From assembly GCA_034520965.1 (NCBI GenBank), contig JAXHMY010000001.1, positions 96,001-160,000 of the forward strand: a stretch of 64,000 nucleotides of DNA, given 5' to 3'. Numbering within the stretch: the first letter of the stretch is position 1; each line of letters starts with the position of its first letter. This document shows positions 20,600-31,274 of the stretch, in pieces. The position numbers and the translations under genes were made by a program. The DNA is from Spirochaetia bacterium (GTDB lineage Bacteria; Spirochaetota; Spirochaetia; DSM-16054; Sediminispirochaetaceae). The notes beneath the pieces were generated by a model. The model did not search any database and had not been told where the DNA came from. It worked only from the letters and a program-made list of their open reading frames with translations.

Positions 20600-21478
20600 C
20601 TATCCTTTCAAGGCCCCTTCGGTGATGCCCTTCATAATATATTTTTGAAGAAAGAGATAAAGGCTTACCATCGGCAGCATCGCCAACACAAGTGTGGCAA
20701 GAATCGCCGACCAATCGTTGTTGCTGTACTGACCAAATAAAATGTTGGTAGAGAGCATTACAGTGTAGTTGTCGCTGTCGGTGATCATAATGAGGGGCAA
20801 GAGAAAATCATTCCACATCCACAGCGTATTCAGGATTATTACAGTGACCGTAATTGGCGCTACCAGGGGAAAAACAACTGTTGCAAAAAAGCGAAACTCA
20901 CCACAGCCGTCAATAAGAGCAGCTTCATCAAGTTCCCGGGGCACCGATTTTATAAAGCCGTGATACAGAAATATGGCCATCGGCACTCCGAGCCCGATAT
21001 AAATGAGGCCCAGGCCGACTGAAGACCCCTGCACATGCACTACCCGGGCTACTTTGGTCAAGGTAATCATTATTGAGTGAAAGGGTATCAGCATCGACAT
21101 GATAAACATACCAAAGAGAAATCCGCTGAGACGGGAGTGGGTCCTGGAGAGTTTATATCCCGACATAGCGCCAAAAAAAACTATTCCCCCAAGCCCCGTA
21201 CTAATAACTACAATGGTGTTCATCATGCTTCTAAGAAAATGGGTTAATTCAAAGGCCTTTTTATAATTAGAGAATCGCATCACCCCGGGGAAAGCAAGAA
21301 TGTTATTCATTATTTCTCCGTCTGTTTTGAGTGAGTTCAGTATTGCCATGCCTATTGGAAAAAGAGCTACTATTGTAGCAGCGAGAAGAATAAAATAACT
21401 AATTCCCTCAAAAAAAGAATATAAGCTCATACTGTAACGCGAAACCCAGGCCGCGGAGGACTTATTTTTTTCCATCAT
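20600..21478 (-). CDS. Carbohydrate ABC permease (MalG-like)
   Basis: ELDEAALIDG and WNDFL motifs. Confidence 0.93.
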   Translation of the reverse strand: MMEKNKSSAAWVSRYSMSLYSFFEGISYFILLAATIVALFPIGMAILNSLKTDGEIMNNILAFPGVMRFSNYKKAFELTHFLRSMMNTIVVISTGLGGIVFFGAMSGYKLSRTHSRLSGFLFGMFIMSMLIPFHSIMITLTKVARVVHVQGSSVGLGLIYIGLGVPMAIFLYHGFIKSVPRELDEAALIDGCGEFRFFATVVFPLVAPITVTVIILNTLWMWNDFLLPLIMITDSDNYTVMLSTNILFGQYSNNDWSAILATLVLAMLPMVSLYLFLQKYIMKGITEGALKG

Positions 21479-22363
21479 AGTTCAACCTCCCTCTTTTTCA
21501 TAATTCGTAGTTGTATCAGCGTGATAATAAATACCAGGATAAACAGAAGGGTTGCCTTGGCACTGGCATAGCCGTATCGATTACTCATGTTAAAGGCCTC
21601 TTCAAATATATTCAGCGCGATAACCTGGGTGGCCCTTCCGGGCCCGCCGCCGGTGAGTGCATAGACTACCTCAAATACTTTGAAGGCCATATTTAGTGCC
21701 AGGAACATTCCAATGGTAATTGCCGGGAGGATCATCGGCAGCACAATCGAGGTAAACAAACGCATTCTCGAAGCCCCGTCAATCTCCGCCGCCTCCTTCA
21801 GCTGTGAGGGAACTCCTTGAAGTGCCGCAATATAAATTACCATTAAGTACCCGACACCAACCCATAAAGAGACAATCAGAATTGCATAAAATGACCAGAC
21901 CGGATCTCCAATCCATGATTGATCTAAAAAGGAGAAAATACCTAATCCCGCGATTTCCGGCAGAACCTGGGTAAAAATAAATAACCAGACAAACCCGCCG
22001 ATTACCATACTGATCATGTTGGGCATAAAGAGGGTAGTTCTAAAGAGGACCTTCCCCCGTTTTCTCCCCTCAATGAGCACGGCAAGCAATAATGCCAATG
22101 CATTTTGCAATACCACCATGAAAAAGACGATATTTTAAGGTAAAAAGAACAGAATCAAGAAACACTCTATCCTCAGTAAGGGCCTCTACATAATTGCTGA
22201 GACCTACAAATCTGTAGTTTGGATTCAAGCCGTTCCAGTTGGTCATGCCGTACCACACTCCCCCCGCCGCGGGGATAAGCACAAATACGACGTAAAATAA
22301 CAGCGCCGGCATTACAAAAAAAAGTACATTTTTAATTCCATTCCATCTATGTGTAGTACTCAT
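21475..22363 (-). CDS. Carbohydrate ABC permease (MalF-like), frameshift near 22125
   Basis: FVGLSNY, EAAEIDGAS and LTGGGP motifs across two ORFs. Confidence 0.9.
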
Positions 22364-22395
22364 CTGCCCTCCTTTTCTCCCCTGGTTCAGTTACA

Positions 22396-22466
22396 TTTAT
22401 ATAAGAAGGGCAATGAGTTGTCTTTCAAGTATGTTAACAGTTTATTTTGTACAATATTGATATAGG
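22396..22466 (-). promoter_or_regulatory. Activator-dependent promoter of the permease operon
   Basis: Same boxes and spacing as 15996-16066. Confidence 0.65.
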
Positions 22467-22566
22467 ATCACAGTAACCGGCAACGCGAAGGACTCCAGCA
22501 CACAATACGTCTTAACAAATATTGAGAACTGCTATGTTTGTGCTTATAATTTATGTAAGGTGTTCT

Positions 22567-24069
22567 ATGGTAAAAAAGATTCTTTTAGTCGAAGATGAAG
22601 CTATTATCGCCATGTCCGAAGCCAAAATGCTCCAGAAACACGGATATGAGGTTATTACCGTCTATAATGGGCAGAAAGCTATAGAGAAAGCAGACACAGC
22701 CCCCAATATCTCTCTCATATTGATGGATATAGACCTTGGTCCAGGAATTGACGGAACTGAAACTGCACAGGAAATACTTAAAAAGCATGACCTTCCAATT
22801 GCTTTTCTCTCCTCCCACACCGAACCTAATGTGGTAGAGAGAACGGAGGGAATTACCTCCTACGGTTATATTGTAAAAAACTCCGGAGAAACGGTACTTC
22901 TTGCGGCAATAAAAATGGCGCTGCGACTCTTTGAAGCCAAAATGAAAGAAAAAGAACACAAAAAGGCTCTACTCCACTCGCATGACTTAATGAGTTACAT
23001 TATCGAACACAACCAGAGTGCTGTTGCTGTTCATGATAAAGAGCTCAATTATATCTATGTAAGTAAACAATATTTAAATCAATTTAATGTAGAAAAAAGA
23101 GATGTTATCGGAAAGCACCACTACGAGGTTTTTCCTGATTTACCTCAAAAGTGGAGGGAGGTCCACCAAAGAGCGCTAGCGGGTGAGGTTTCCCATGGTG
23201 AGGACGACCCCTACGAACGGGATGACGGTACCATAGCATGGACACGATGGGAGTGCAGGCCATGGTACGAAGCGGACAACTCAATAGGCGGCATCATTAT
23301 TTATACAGAAGTACTTTCACAAGAAAAGCAGATGCATTCCGATACTCGGGAGACTGTTAATTATCTGCAATCTATCCTAAGAACCACTCGCGACGGGTTC
23401 TGGGTTTTAGATTCAAGAGGAAACTTTATCGATGTAAATAACGCCTACTGTCGGATGTCCGGGTATAAGCGGGATGAAATTTTACACATGCGAATACCGG
23501 ATATAGATGTTGATGATCAGCCACAGGATGTGGCTGATAGGATAAAGCGCATAACTTCAACCGGAAATGAAATATTCCAGGCCCGCCATCGAAGAAAAGA
23601 TGAGAGCACCTTTGATGTAGAGATTTCCGCATCTTTCCTTGGAGGAAGGCAGGATAAAATTATCTGTTTTTGCCGTGATATCACCCAACGAAAACGAGCA
23701 GAAGAGGCTCTTCAGGAGAGTGAGAAAAAATACAGGAGCCTTTTCAACAATCTTAGAGATGCCGTTATAGTGGTGAACAAAAACCGTGAGATAACGGACT
23801 GCAACCCCGCTTTTACCGACCTGTTTGGATATACCCTAGCTGAAATACAGGGTAAAACCACTGCCATGCTGTTTGCCACAGACGAGCACTATGCACAGTT
23901 GGGGAAAATGATGCAGGAACAGGGGGATAATACAGATTTTATTTACCAGCCCATCTACCGTAAAAAGACAGGGGAGACATTCCGGGGTGAGAAAAAAGTA
24001 CAGTACTTAAAAGATGAAAGCGGTGAACGTAAAGGGTTTATCGGACTTATCAGGGATATCTCCGAGTAA
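22567..24069 (+). CDS. Receiver domain + three PAS domains, no output domain
   Basis: LLVEDE and LMDIDL; three PAS/PAC blocks; stops right after IRDISE. Confidence 0.85.
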   Translation: MVKKILLVEDEAIIAMSEAKMLQKHGYEVITVYNGQKAIEKADTAPNISLILMDIDLGPGIDGTETAQEILKKHDLPIAFLSSHTEPNVVERTEGITSYGYIVKNSGETVLLAAIKMALRLFEAKMKEKEHKKALLHSHDLMSYIIEHNQSAVAVHDKELNYIYVSKQYLNQFNVEKRDVIGKHHYEVFPDLPQKWREVHQRALAGEVSHGEDDPYERDDGTIAWTRWECRPWYEADNSIGGIIIYTEVLSQEKQMHSDTRETVNYLQSILRTTRDGFWVLDSRGNFIDVNNAYCRMSGYKRDEILHMRIPDIDVDDQPQDVADRIKRITSTGNEIFQARHRRKDESTFDVEISASFLGGRQDKIICFCRDITQRKRAEEALQESEKKYRSLFNNLRDAVIVVNKNREITDCNPAFTDLFGYTLAEIQGKTTAMLFATDEHYAQLGKMMQEQGDNTDFIYQPIYRKKTGETFRGEKKVQYLKDESGERKGFIGLIRDISE

Positions 24070-24078
24070 ATAGACTTA

Positions 24079-24414
24079 TCAGCCCACCAACTCATTGAGA
24101 CCTTCTAGGACCCTCACGAGTTCCTTCGGCTCTACAGCGCATATCTTTGTTCCTATTCGCTCTGTCGACAACGTACGTACCTGTCCTATCTTTACCCATG
24201 ATTTCTTTGGCAAATGTGTCGACTCTAGGGCAAAAGAGAGCGGAAACCCGGCTCTTTGCGGGCGACTGGTCAGGGCAAGGGCGATTACAGTCCCGGATTT
24301 TTCGTTGAAGATATTGTGGCTGATCACCAGGACGGGACGGAATCCTGCCTGTTCCGATCCTCTTATCGGATTCAGATCAGCCCAGTACACATCTCCCCTT
24401 AATATTCCGGCCAT
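24079..24414 (-). CDS. mazF: MazF/PemK toxin
   Basis: RGDVYWADLNP.RGSEQAG.RPVLVIS signature. Confidence 0.93.
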   Translation of the reverse strand: MAGILRGDVYWADLNPIRGSEQAGFRPVLVISHNIFNEKSGTVIALALTSRPQRAGFPLSFALESTHLPKKSWVKIGQVRTLSTERIGTKICAVEPKELVRVLEGLNELVG

Positions 24415-24641
24415 TTCTCGTTCTCCGCAAAAAAGCCCTCTTCGGCAAGTGCTCTCTCCCTCGTCGGCTCGATCTTCTCTAACTCACGGGCTAACCTGCT
24501 CTTTTCGTAACGCTCCACCCGTTCGGCAACCGCTTCCTCAAAGAACCTGCTTCTGCTCTCTGTTTTCTGCTCCTGTACGTATCTGTCGACGGACTCAAGC
24601 AGGCGGCTGTCAATGGTAACAGCTATCTTTGCTTTTCCCAT
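24399..24641 (-). CDS. RHH antitoxin (CopG/NdoAI-like)
   Basis: KIAVTID...SRSRFFEEAV; overlaps mazF. Confidence 0.85.
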   Translation of the reverse strand: MGKAKIAVTIDSRLLESVDRYVQEQKTESRSRFFEEAVAERVERYEKSRLARELEKIEPTRERALAEEGFFAENEKWPEY

Positions 24642-24650
24642 ACGCCCCCC

Positions 24651-24677
24651 TTTGGTATGATATTTTATCATACCAAA
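24651..24677. promoter_or_regulatory. Palindromic operator of the mazF module
   Basis: TTTGGTATGATA-ttt-TATCATACCAAA, perfect 12-bp arms. Confidence 0.75.
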
Positions 24678-24820
24678 CTACACATCACAATAGTTCTTTT
24701 TCGAATGCCTCCACGACTTACATCGTACGTCTTGGTATGAATATGAGCTCTGTAATGATTGATAGGTGCAATATAAGCGCTAATCTGTACCGGTGTACGC
24801 CTTCTTTGCAGGTTTATGAA

Positions 24821-26032
24821 TTATTCGGAAAGATAGTGGCGTATCAGCTCGGGGCCGGAAGAGAAAAAACGGCCGGAGGACTTTCCGGAAGCCTCACTAA
24901 AGCGCTGCGTCCTCTCTTCGCCGGCGTGTCTGCTGTCGTACAGCACATAGGGAACCGGCTCGGCCACATGGGTGCGAAGAGAAATGGGGGTAGGATGATC
25001 CGGAAGAATCAGAATACGGTACTCCTGCCCTGAAGCGGCGAGGGCCGCGTGTATTGGGGCAACCACCTTTTGGTCTATCAGTTCCATGGACCGGATCTTA
25101 TCTTTCAGCGAGCCCTGGTGGCCGCTTTCATCCGGCGCCTCTAGGTGCAGATAGACATAGTCGGTATCCCCGGTCAGGGCCTCTATAGCCGCAGAGGCTT
25201 TTCCGTCAAAGTTGGTATGGATATTACCGGTTGCCCCGTCTACATGAATCGGCTCAAGCCCCGATAGAATACCAATGCCGTAGATTAGATCCACCGCAGA
25301 GATGACCGCCCCTTTGAGCCCATAACGCTGTTGAAAGGAAGAGAGCTGCGGCCGTTTTCCCTCTCCCCATATCCAGATGGAGTTGGCGGGGTTTTCTCCC
25401 CGCTCTTTTCTTTTCAGATTAATTGGGTGAGTCTCGAGCAGCTCAAGAGAGCGGGAGGTCATATCTAAAAAAACCTGCCCATGGGCACCGCCGGGCAGAT
25501 AATCGGCAATACTCTGCCCCAGAATATCGTGGGGCGGGGTAAGCTCGAAACCCCAGGGGCCGTCTTTCCACACCAGCAGGTGCCGGTAACTTACTCCAGG
25601 ATAAAAGCGGAGGCTCTCGCTTCCGAGCTGCTCATTGATCAATTCAATCAGCTCGCGGGCTTCCTCATTACTGACCTCGCCGGCGGAGTGGTCCAGCATG
25701 CGCCTCGATTCCAATGCTCCCTCACCTTCCAGGCTTACCAGATTACATCGAAAGGCAATATCACTTTCGGAGAGCTCAACCCCCATACTCGCCGCTTCAA
25801 GGGGCGAACGGCCGGTGTGGTATACCTCCGGTTCATAGCCCATCAGTGCCAGGTTGGCCACATCCGAGCCTGGAGCCATTCCGTCGGGAACGGTCTTTAC
25901 CATCCCTACCTCGCCTCTGCGTGCCAGGGAATTCGTGGCGGGGATTTCAGCGGCTTCCAGGGGGGTTTTTCCGTCAAGCTCATCAATAGGATAGTCGGCC
26001 ATTCCATCTACAAGAATTGTGATATATTTCAT
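24821..26032 (-). CDS. apgM: ApgM-family cofactor-independent phosphoglycerate mutase-like protein
   Basis: DGMAD, PGSDVANL, EAPDESGH and PDHPTP motifs. Confidence 0.88.
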   Translation of the reverse strand: MKYITILVDGMADYPIDELDGKTPLEAAEIPATNSLARRGEVGMVKTVPDGMAPGSDVANLALMGYEPEVYHTGRSPLEAASMGVELSESDIAFRCNLVSLEGEGALESRRMLDHSAGEVSNEEARELIELINEQLGSESLRFYPGVSYRHLLVWKDGPWGFELTPPHDILGQSIADYLPGGAHGQVFLDMTSRSLELLETHPINLKRKERGENPANSIWIWGEGKRPQLSSFQQRYGLKGAVISAVDLIYGIGILSGLEPIHVDGATGNIHTNFDGKASAAIEALTGDTDYVYLHLEAPDESGHQGSLKDKIRSMELIDQKVVAPIHAALAASGQEYRILILPDHPTPISLRTHVAEPVPYVLYDSRHAGEERTQRFSEASGKSSGRFFSSGPELIRHYLSE

Positions 26033-27517
26033 TGTAACAAATCCTCCACCACCTGTTTCATCGCATTCTTTTCGCAGGTATCCGGATGCCGTACCGGCCG
26101 GTCTGCAATGCCCCGGATTGGTTCGGGCACCTTCAGCCCGGCGGTCTGAGCAATAAGATCAATCAACTCGAAGTCGCTCCGCCCTTCTGTTTCCACACCC
26201 AGGGCTTCGGCCACACTGCGGCCGAATTTAAAAGGACTTGCGGTAGAGGCTATCAAGGTTGGGCTGTGGTCGCCGCTCTTTTCGACGTATTGGCGATATA
26301 CCCGATAGCCCACCGCGGTATGGGTATCGACCAGATATCCGTATTCACGGAAAAGCTCACCGATAGTCTCCACTGTCTGTGCATCGTCGGCGTAGTCACC
26401 GTAAAAATTATGCATCCCCGCCTTCATTTCCGCGGGTATCTCGTAAAAGCCACGCCCCTTCAACTGCTGCATAAGAGCGACCACTGTTTCCGAATTTCTG
26501 CCCGACAGCTCGTAGAGGAAACGTTCGAGATTACTTGAGATAAGAATGTCCATGGAAGGGCTGATTGTAGCCGAAAAGTTTCCGGTTCAGGTCGTACCGC
26601 CCGGTAGTAATAAAATCGGTAAGTACATTGTTCCGGTTAGAGGCACAGATAAACTTCTTTACCGGCAGACCCATCTGACCGGCGTACCAGGCGGCCAGTA
26701 TGTTGCCGAAATTGCCGGTGGGCACCACCACATTGACCGGCTCACCCGCGGCTATCCCGCCCCGACGCTGCAGTTCAAGGTAGCCGTTGATATAATAGAC
26801 GATCTGCGGCAGAAGCCGGCCCGGGTTAATGGAGTTTGCCGAGGAAAACCGGTAGCCCCTCCCGGATAGCAGCTCACGCAGCTGCTCATCACCAAAAATT
26901 TCCTTTACCCCGTTTTGGGCATCGTCAAAATTTCCGGAGATACCCACTACATGGGTATTTTGCCCCTCCTGGGTGGTCATTTGCCGTTTCTGAACCTCGC
27001 TCACCCCATTTGTGGGATAAAAAACAACAATTTTCACTCCCTCTACATCTGCAAAGCCTTCCAGGGCCGCCTTTCCGGTATCTCCACTGGTGGCGGTGAG
27101 AATAACAATAGTGTCTTCAATGCCGAGCTTTTTCGCAGCTGTAGTCAGGAATTGCGGGAGAATCGAGAGGGCCATATCCTTGAAGGCCAGGGTCTGTCCA
27201 TGGTGCAGTTCGATAAAATGTGCTTCTCCACAGCTGTGGATAGGCGCAATCCCCTGGTCCCGGAACTTATCGTCGTAGGCTCCTTTGACACAAGCCGTCA
27301 GTTCTTCTGCAGTGAAATCCGGAATATACAGCGAGAGTATATGCTCGGCGAGCTGCCGGTAAGAGAGGGCCCTTAGATGAGGGTCGGTTATATCAATTGG
27401 GGGAAACTCGGAGGGGACGTACAAGCCTCCATCCGGAGCAATGCCCCGTACAACCGCCTCCGCGAAGGATACGGGGTCTTTTCCGTCTCTGGTACTGTAG
27501 TATGTTATATCTGCCAT
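26029..27517 (-). CDS. thrC: Threonine synthase, frameshift near 26570
   Basis: YYSTR, TLAFKD, ATSGDTG, SANSIN, VPTGNFGN and MDILISSNLER motifs. Confidence 0.93.
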
Positions 27518-27580
27518 ACCCCATAATAGATGAAGCGGCGGGGCTGTTCAAGCATTTCGGTACTTCAGGAAAGACTCCCC

Positions 27581-29265
27581 TTAGCCGGCTGGAACATGGG
27601 GAAGGGCTTTACCGTTTTGCAATAATCTTTCGAAATCCTCAACCTTCACCGGTTTACTGAAGTAAAAGCCCTGCATCCTTTTACACCCAATATTCACAAG
27701 CAGCTCAGCCTGTTGCTGGTTTTCCACACCTTCAATGAGGACATCCTTCCCCCGGGCATAGGCCATATGGACTATATGATCGAGAAAATCCCTTTCCTCA
27801 CTGCTGCTATCTATCTCTTTGACAAACTCACGGTCAATTTTCAAAACCCTGGCGGGTAGTTTTTTTAGATACTGCAGGGAAGAATTACCGGTTCCAAAAT
27901 CATCTATAAACACTTCTATCCCAAGCTGTTTCAGTGCAAGAATGCGCTCTATCGATTCATCTATATTTTTAACACTTTCACTTTCGGTAATTTCAAATTT
28001 CAGAAACTTAGAGTCCTCCAATTGAGCACTTTTAAGAGAGGTCTTGGCATTCCCAATGAGGTCGGACGAAGAAAACTCCCGTGATGACAGGTTTAAGGAC
28101 ACATATATACCGTATTGACGACTCCAGTCTGCAAGCCGTTTGCATACCGTAAACATGATCCATTTTCCAATACCGTATATAAGGTCGGACTGCTCGGCTA
28201 TGGGTATAAGCTCGATGGGAGAAATACTTCCTAGCTCCGGATGTTCCCACCGCAGAAGAGCCTCGGCACCTACAATATGATAGTATTGATCCACAATCGG
28301 CTGATAGTACAGCTGAAATTGTTGCTCCTCTAAGGCTCGGTGAGAAGCGCTTTCAATTTCAATTCTCCGTAGGGCTTGTTTATATAGGCTTTGATTGTAA
28401 AGTGTAAAGGTTTTACCATGTCGCAATGTTTCAAGCATTGCGGATGTAGCTTTTTGAATAAGCTCCCCCTTTTCTTCACCATCTGTAGGGTACACTACTG
28501 CCCCAATTGAACATTTTAGAATAATATCATGCCCTTTAAAATTGTAGGGCAATGCGACTGTTTCAAATATTTTCTTGGCAGTTCTGCCTGCATCCAGTTT
28601 ATTATTTACTTTGGAGAGCAGCACCACAAACTGTCTGCCGTCATAACGAAATACGTAGTCGCTGGACCTTAACTGAGAATGAAGCCTTACCCCGGTATTT
28701 TCCAGCAAAAGGTCGCCAATCTCCTGACCATACAGCTCGATTGCCTTTTCAATGTGTTCCACTTGAATAAAAAGTAGTACCCGCAAATCCTCTCCAACGC
28801 TCCTCTGGGCTCTCTCCAGCTCTTTATCCAGGACAATATCCAAAGAGCGGCGGTTGAAAAGACCTGTAAGGGGATCCCGATACTCGTAATGGTTTAGCTT
28901 ACTCTCTAACCTTCCAATATGAGTAATGTCGTGGGAAAACACTATGGCATGGGTAATTTCATCATCTTCATGGTCAGGGGTAGAATGAGTATGTGCATAT
29001 ACTTAAGAAACGGTCCAAAGGAAAACTCTTCTACATAGTTTACATTTTCCCCGGCAAAGCAACGGTCGATATACCCCTTAATGGTGCGTTCAAACTTCTC
29101 CCTGCCCCACACATCCGCTACTGTGTGACCGACAATTTCCTCCTGGCACCTACTGGTATCCTCGCAATAGGTTTCATTAGCCAGTTCATATACATAATCC
29201 CTGTTTATAAGCGTAATTGAGTCTTTTGAGTTATCAATTATGTACTTATACCTTTTCTCTTCCAT
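27581..29265 (-). CDS. PAS-GGDEF(degenerate)-EAL protein, frameshift near 28970
   Basis: DPLTGLFNRR; RYDGRQF in place of GGDEF; intact EAL, DDFGTG and EGVE. Confidence 0.85.
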
Positions 29266-29324
29266 TGTCGCTTGTTTTATTATACCCGAAAAAAAAGAGG
29301 AAATAAAGTTTATTTAACATAACG

Positions 29325-29466
29325 CAGCGATTCTAAATTTGGAAGTCTTTTGACTTCCAAATTTAGAATTCGCATCAATTTCTTTGCAAAATTTTATATA
29401 TCTCAACCTTTGGAGGCATTCTCATTTTGGATAGTGTAACTACACTATCCAAAATGAAAATAGCTG
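29325..29466. mobile_element. Double-hairpin MITE-like element, copy 2 (142 bp)
   Basis: CAGC...GCTG ends; 9-bp direct repeat AACATAACG at 29316-29324 and 29467-29475. Confidence 0.88.
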
Positions 29467-29647
29467 AACATAACGCCCCTTAAATGTACCATCCTGAAGT
29501 ACCACAAATATAAATTTTCCTGCACAACTCCTTTCAGTGATGCTATAATAAAAGCTGATGGAACAAAAGTAACGTTTTTTCTGACAACCTGCTCAGCACA
29601 TTTCAATCGTTTTATATTTGTTACAATCTAAAAAAGGGAGAATCGGT

Positions 29648-31173
29648 ATGAAAAAGAATAAAAAGCTAACTTTTATCAATGGAGCTCCGGTGGCCGACAA
29701 TAACCACTCGCTCACCGCAGGTTCACGAGGTCCAATGGCGATGCAGGATATCTGGTATCTGGAAAAACTTGGACATTTCGATCGTGAGGTAATTCCAGAG
29801 CGTAGGATGCACGCAAAGGGCTCCGGTGCGTTTGGTAAGTTCACCGTAACCCATGATGTGACTAAATACACAAAAGCGAAGGTTTTCTCAGAGGTGGGAA
29901 AGGAAACAGAGACCTTTGTTCGCTTCTCCACGGTTGCCGGAGAACGGGGGGCAGCAGATGCCGAACGGGATATCCGAGGCTTTGCGGTAAAATTTTATAC
30001 CGAAGAAGGAAATTGGGACTTGGTGGGGAATAATACACCTAGTATTTTTCCTTAGAGATCCCTTAAAGTTCCCCGACCTGAATCATGCCGTCAAGAGAGA
30101 CCCTAAAACCAACATGCGGTCAAAGCAGAACAACTGGGACTTCTGGAGCATGCTTCCCGAGGCGCTCCATCAGGTTACTATCGTTATGTCCGACCGGGGC
30201 ATCCCCAGCGGCTATCGACATATGAACGGCTACGGCAGCCATACCTACAGCCTAATCAATGGGCAGAACCGGCGCTATTGGGTGAAATTTCATTTAAAGA
30301 CCCAACAAGGTATTAAAAACTTCACCGATCAGGAGGCCGCTGCAATCGTTGCCGAGGATCGCGAGAGCAGCCAAACCGACCTGTTCGGCGCTATTGAACG
30401 GGGTGAATACCCAAAGTGGACCATGTATTTTCAGATTATGACCGAGGAGCAGGCACGTCAGCATAAGGAGAATCCCTTCGACCTCACAAAGGTTTGGAGC
30501 CATAAGGACTTTCCCGATGATCGAGGTTGGAGAGCTGGAACTCAACCGGAACCCGGAAAACTATTTCCAAGATGTGGAACAGGCGGCTTTTGCACCGACC
30601 AATATTGTGCCGGGTATCGGCTTTTCCCCCGACAAGATGCTCCAGGGGCGGCTTTTCTCATATGCCGATGCCCAGCGCTACCGTTTAGGGGTCAACTACC
30701 ATCAGATTCCCGTGAATAAACCCAAAAACACGAAAAACGCCTACCACAGGGACGGACAAATGCGGGTGGACGGTAATTACGGTGCACGTACCCATTACGA
30801 GCCAAACAGTTATGGAGAATGGGCTGAACAGCCGGAATTTCGCGAACCGTCGTTAGAGCTGGAGGGGGCCCTTTATCATTACGATCCGGCTGATGATCAA
30901 ACCGATGATGTCTTCTATCAACCCGGCAATTTATATAAGCTGATGAGCGAAAAGCAAAAACAGCTCCTTATCGAGAATACCGCGCGGGATATAAGTCCGT
31001 GTACTAAAAATATCAAGGTTCGGCATACGGTGCACTGCTTTTTGGCTCATGAGGACTATGGACGACGTTTAGCCCAGGCCCTAGAGCTGGATATGAGGGA
31101 AATCGAAGAAAAGGCTAAACTAGATAATCAAGAGCTTCTAAAGGCAACCATGGCCGATGTGTATAGCGGCTAA
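29648..31173 (+). CDS. katA: Monofunctional heme catalase, two frameshifts (near 30045 and 30515)
   Basis: [26 protein letters not shown] and [12 protein letters not shown] motifs. Confidence 0.95.
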
Positions 31174-31274
31174 TACCTCTCAGCTGCCGGCCTAGATAGA
31201 ACCATTAAGATAGAGTTAGAGTAGTTTTTATTTTTATTGGACTAATTGGTCATTGTGTGTTAATCTGAGAATAT

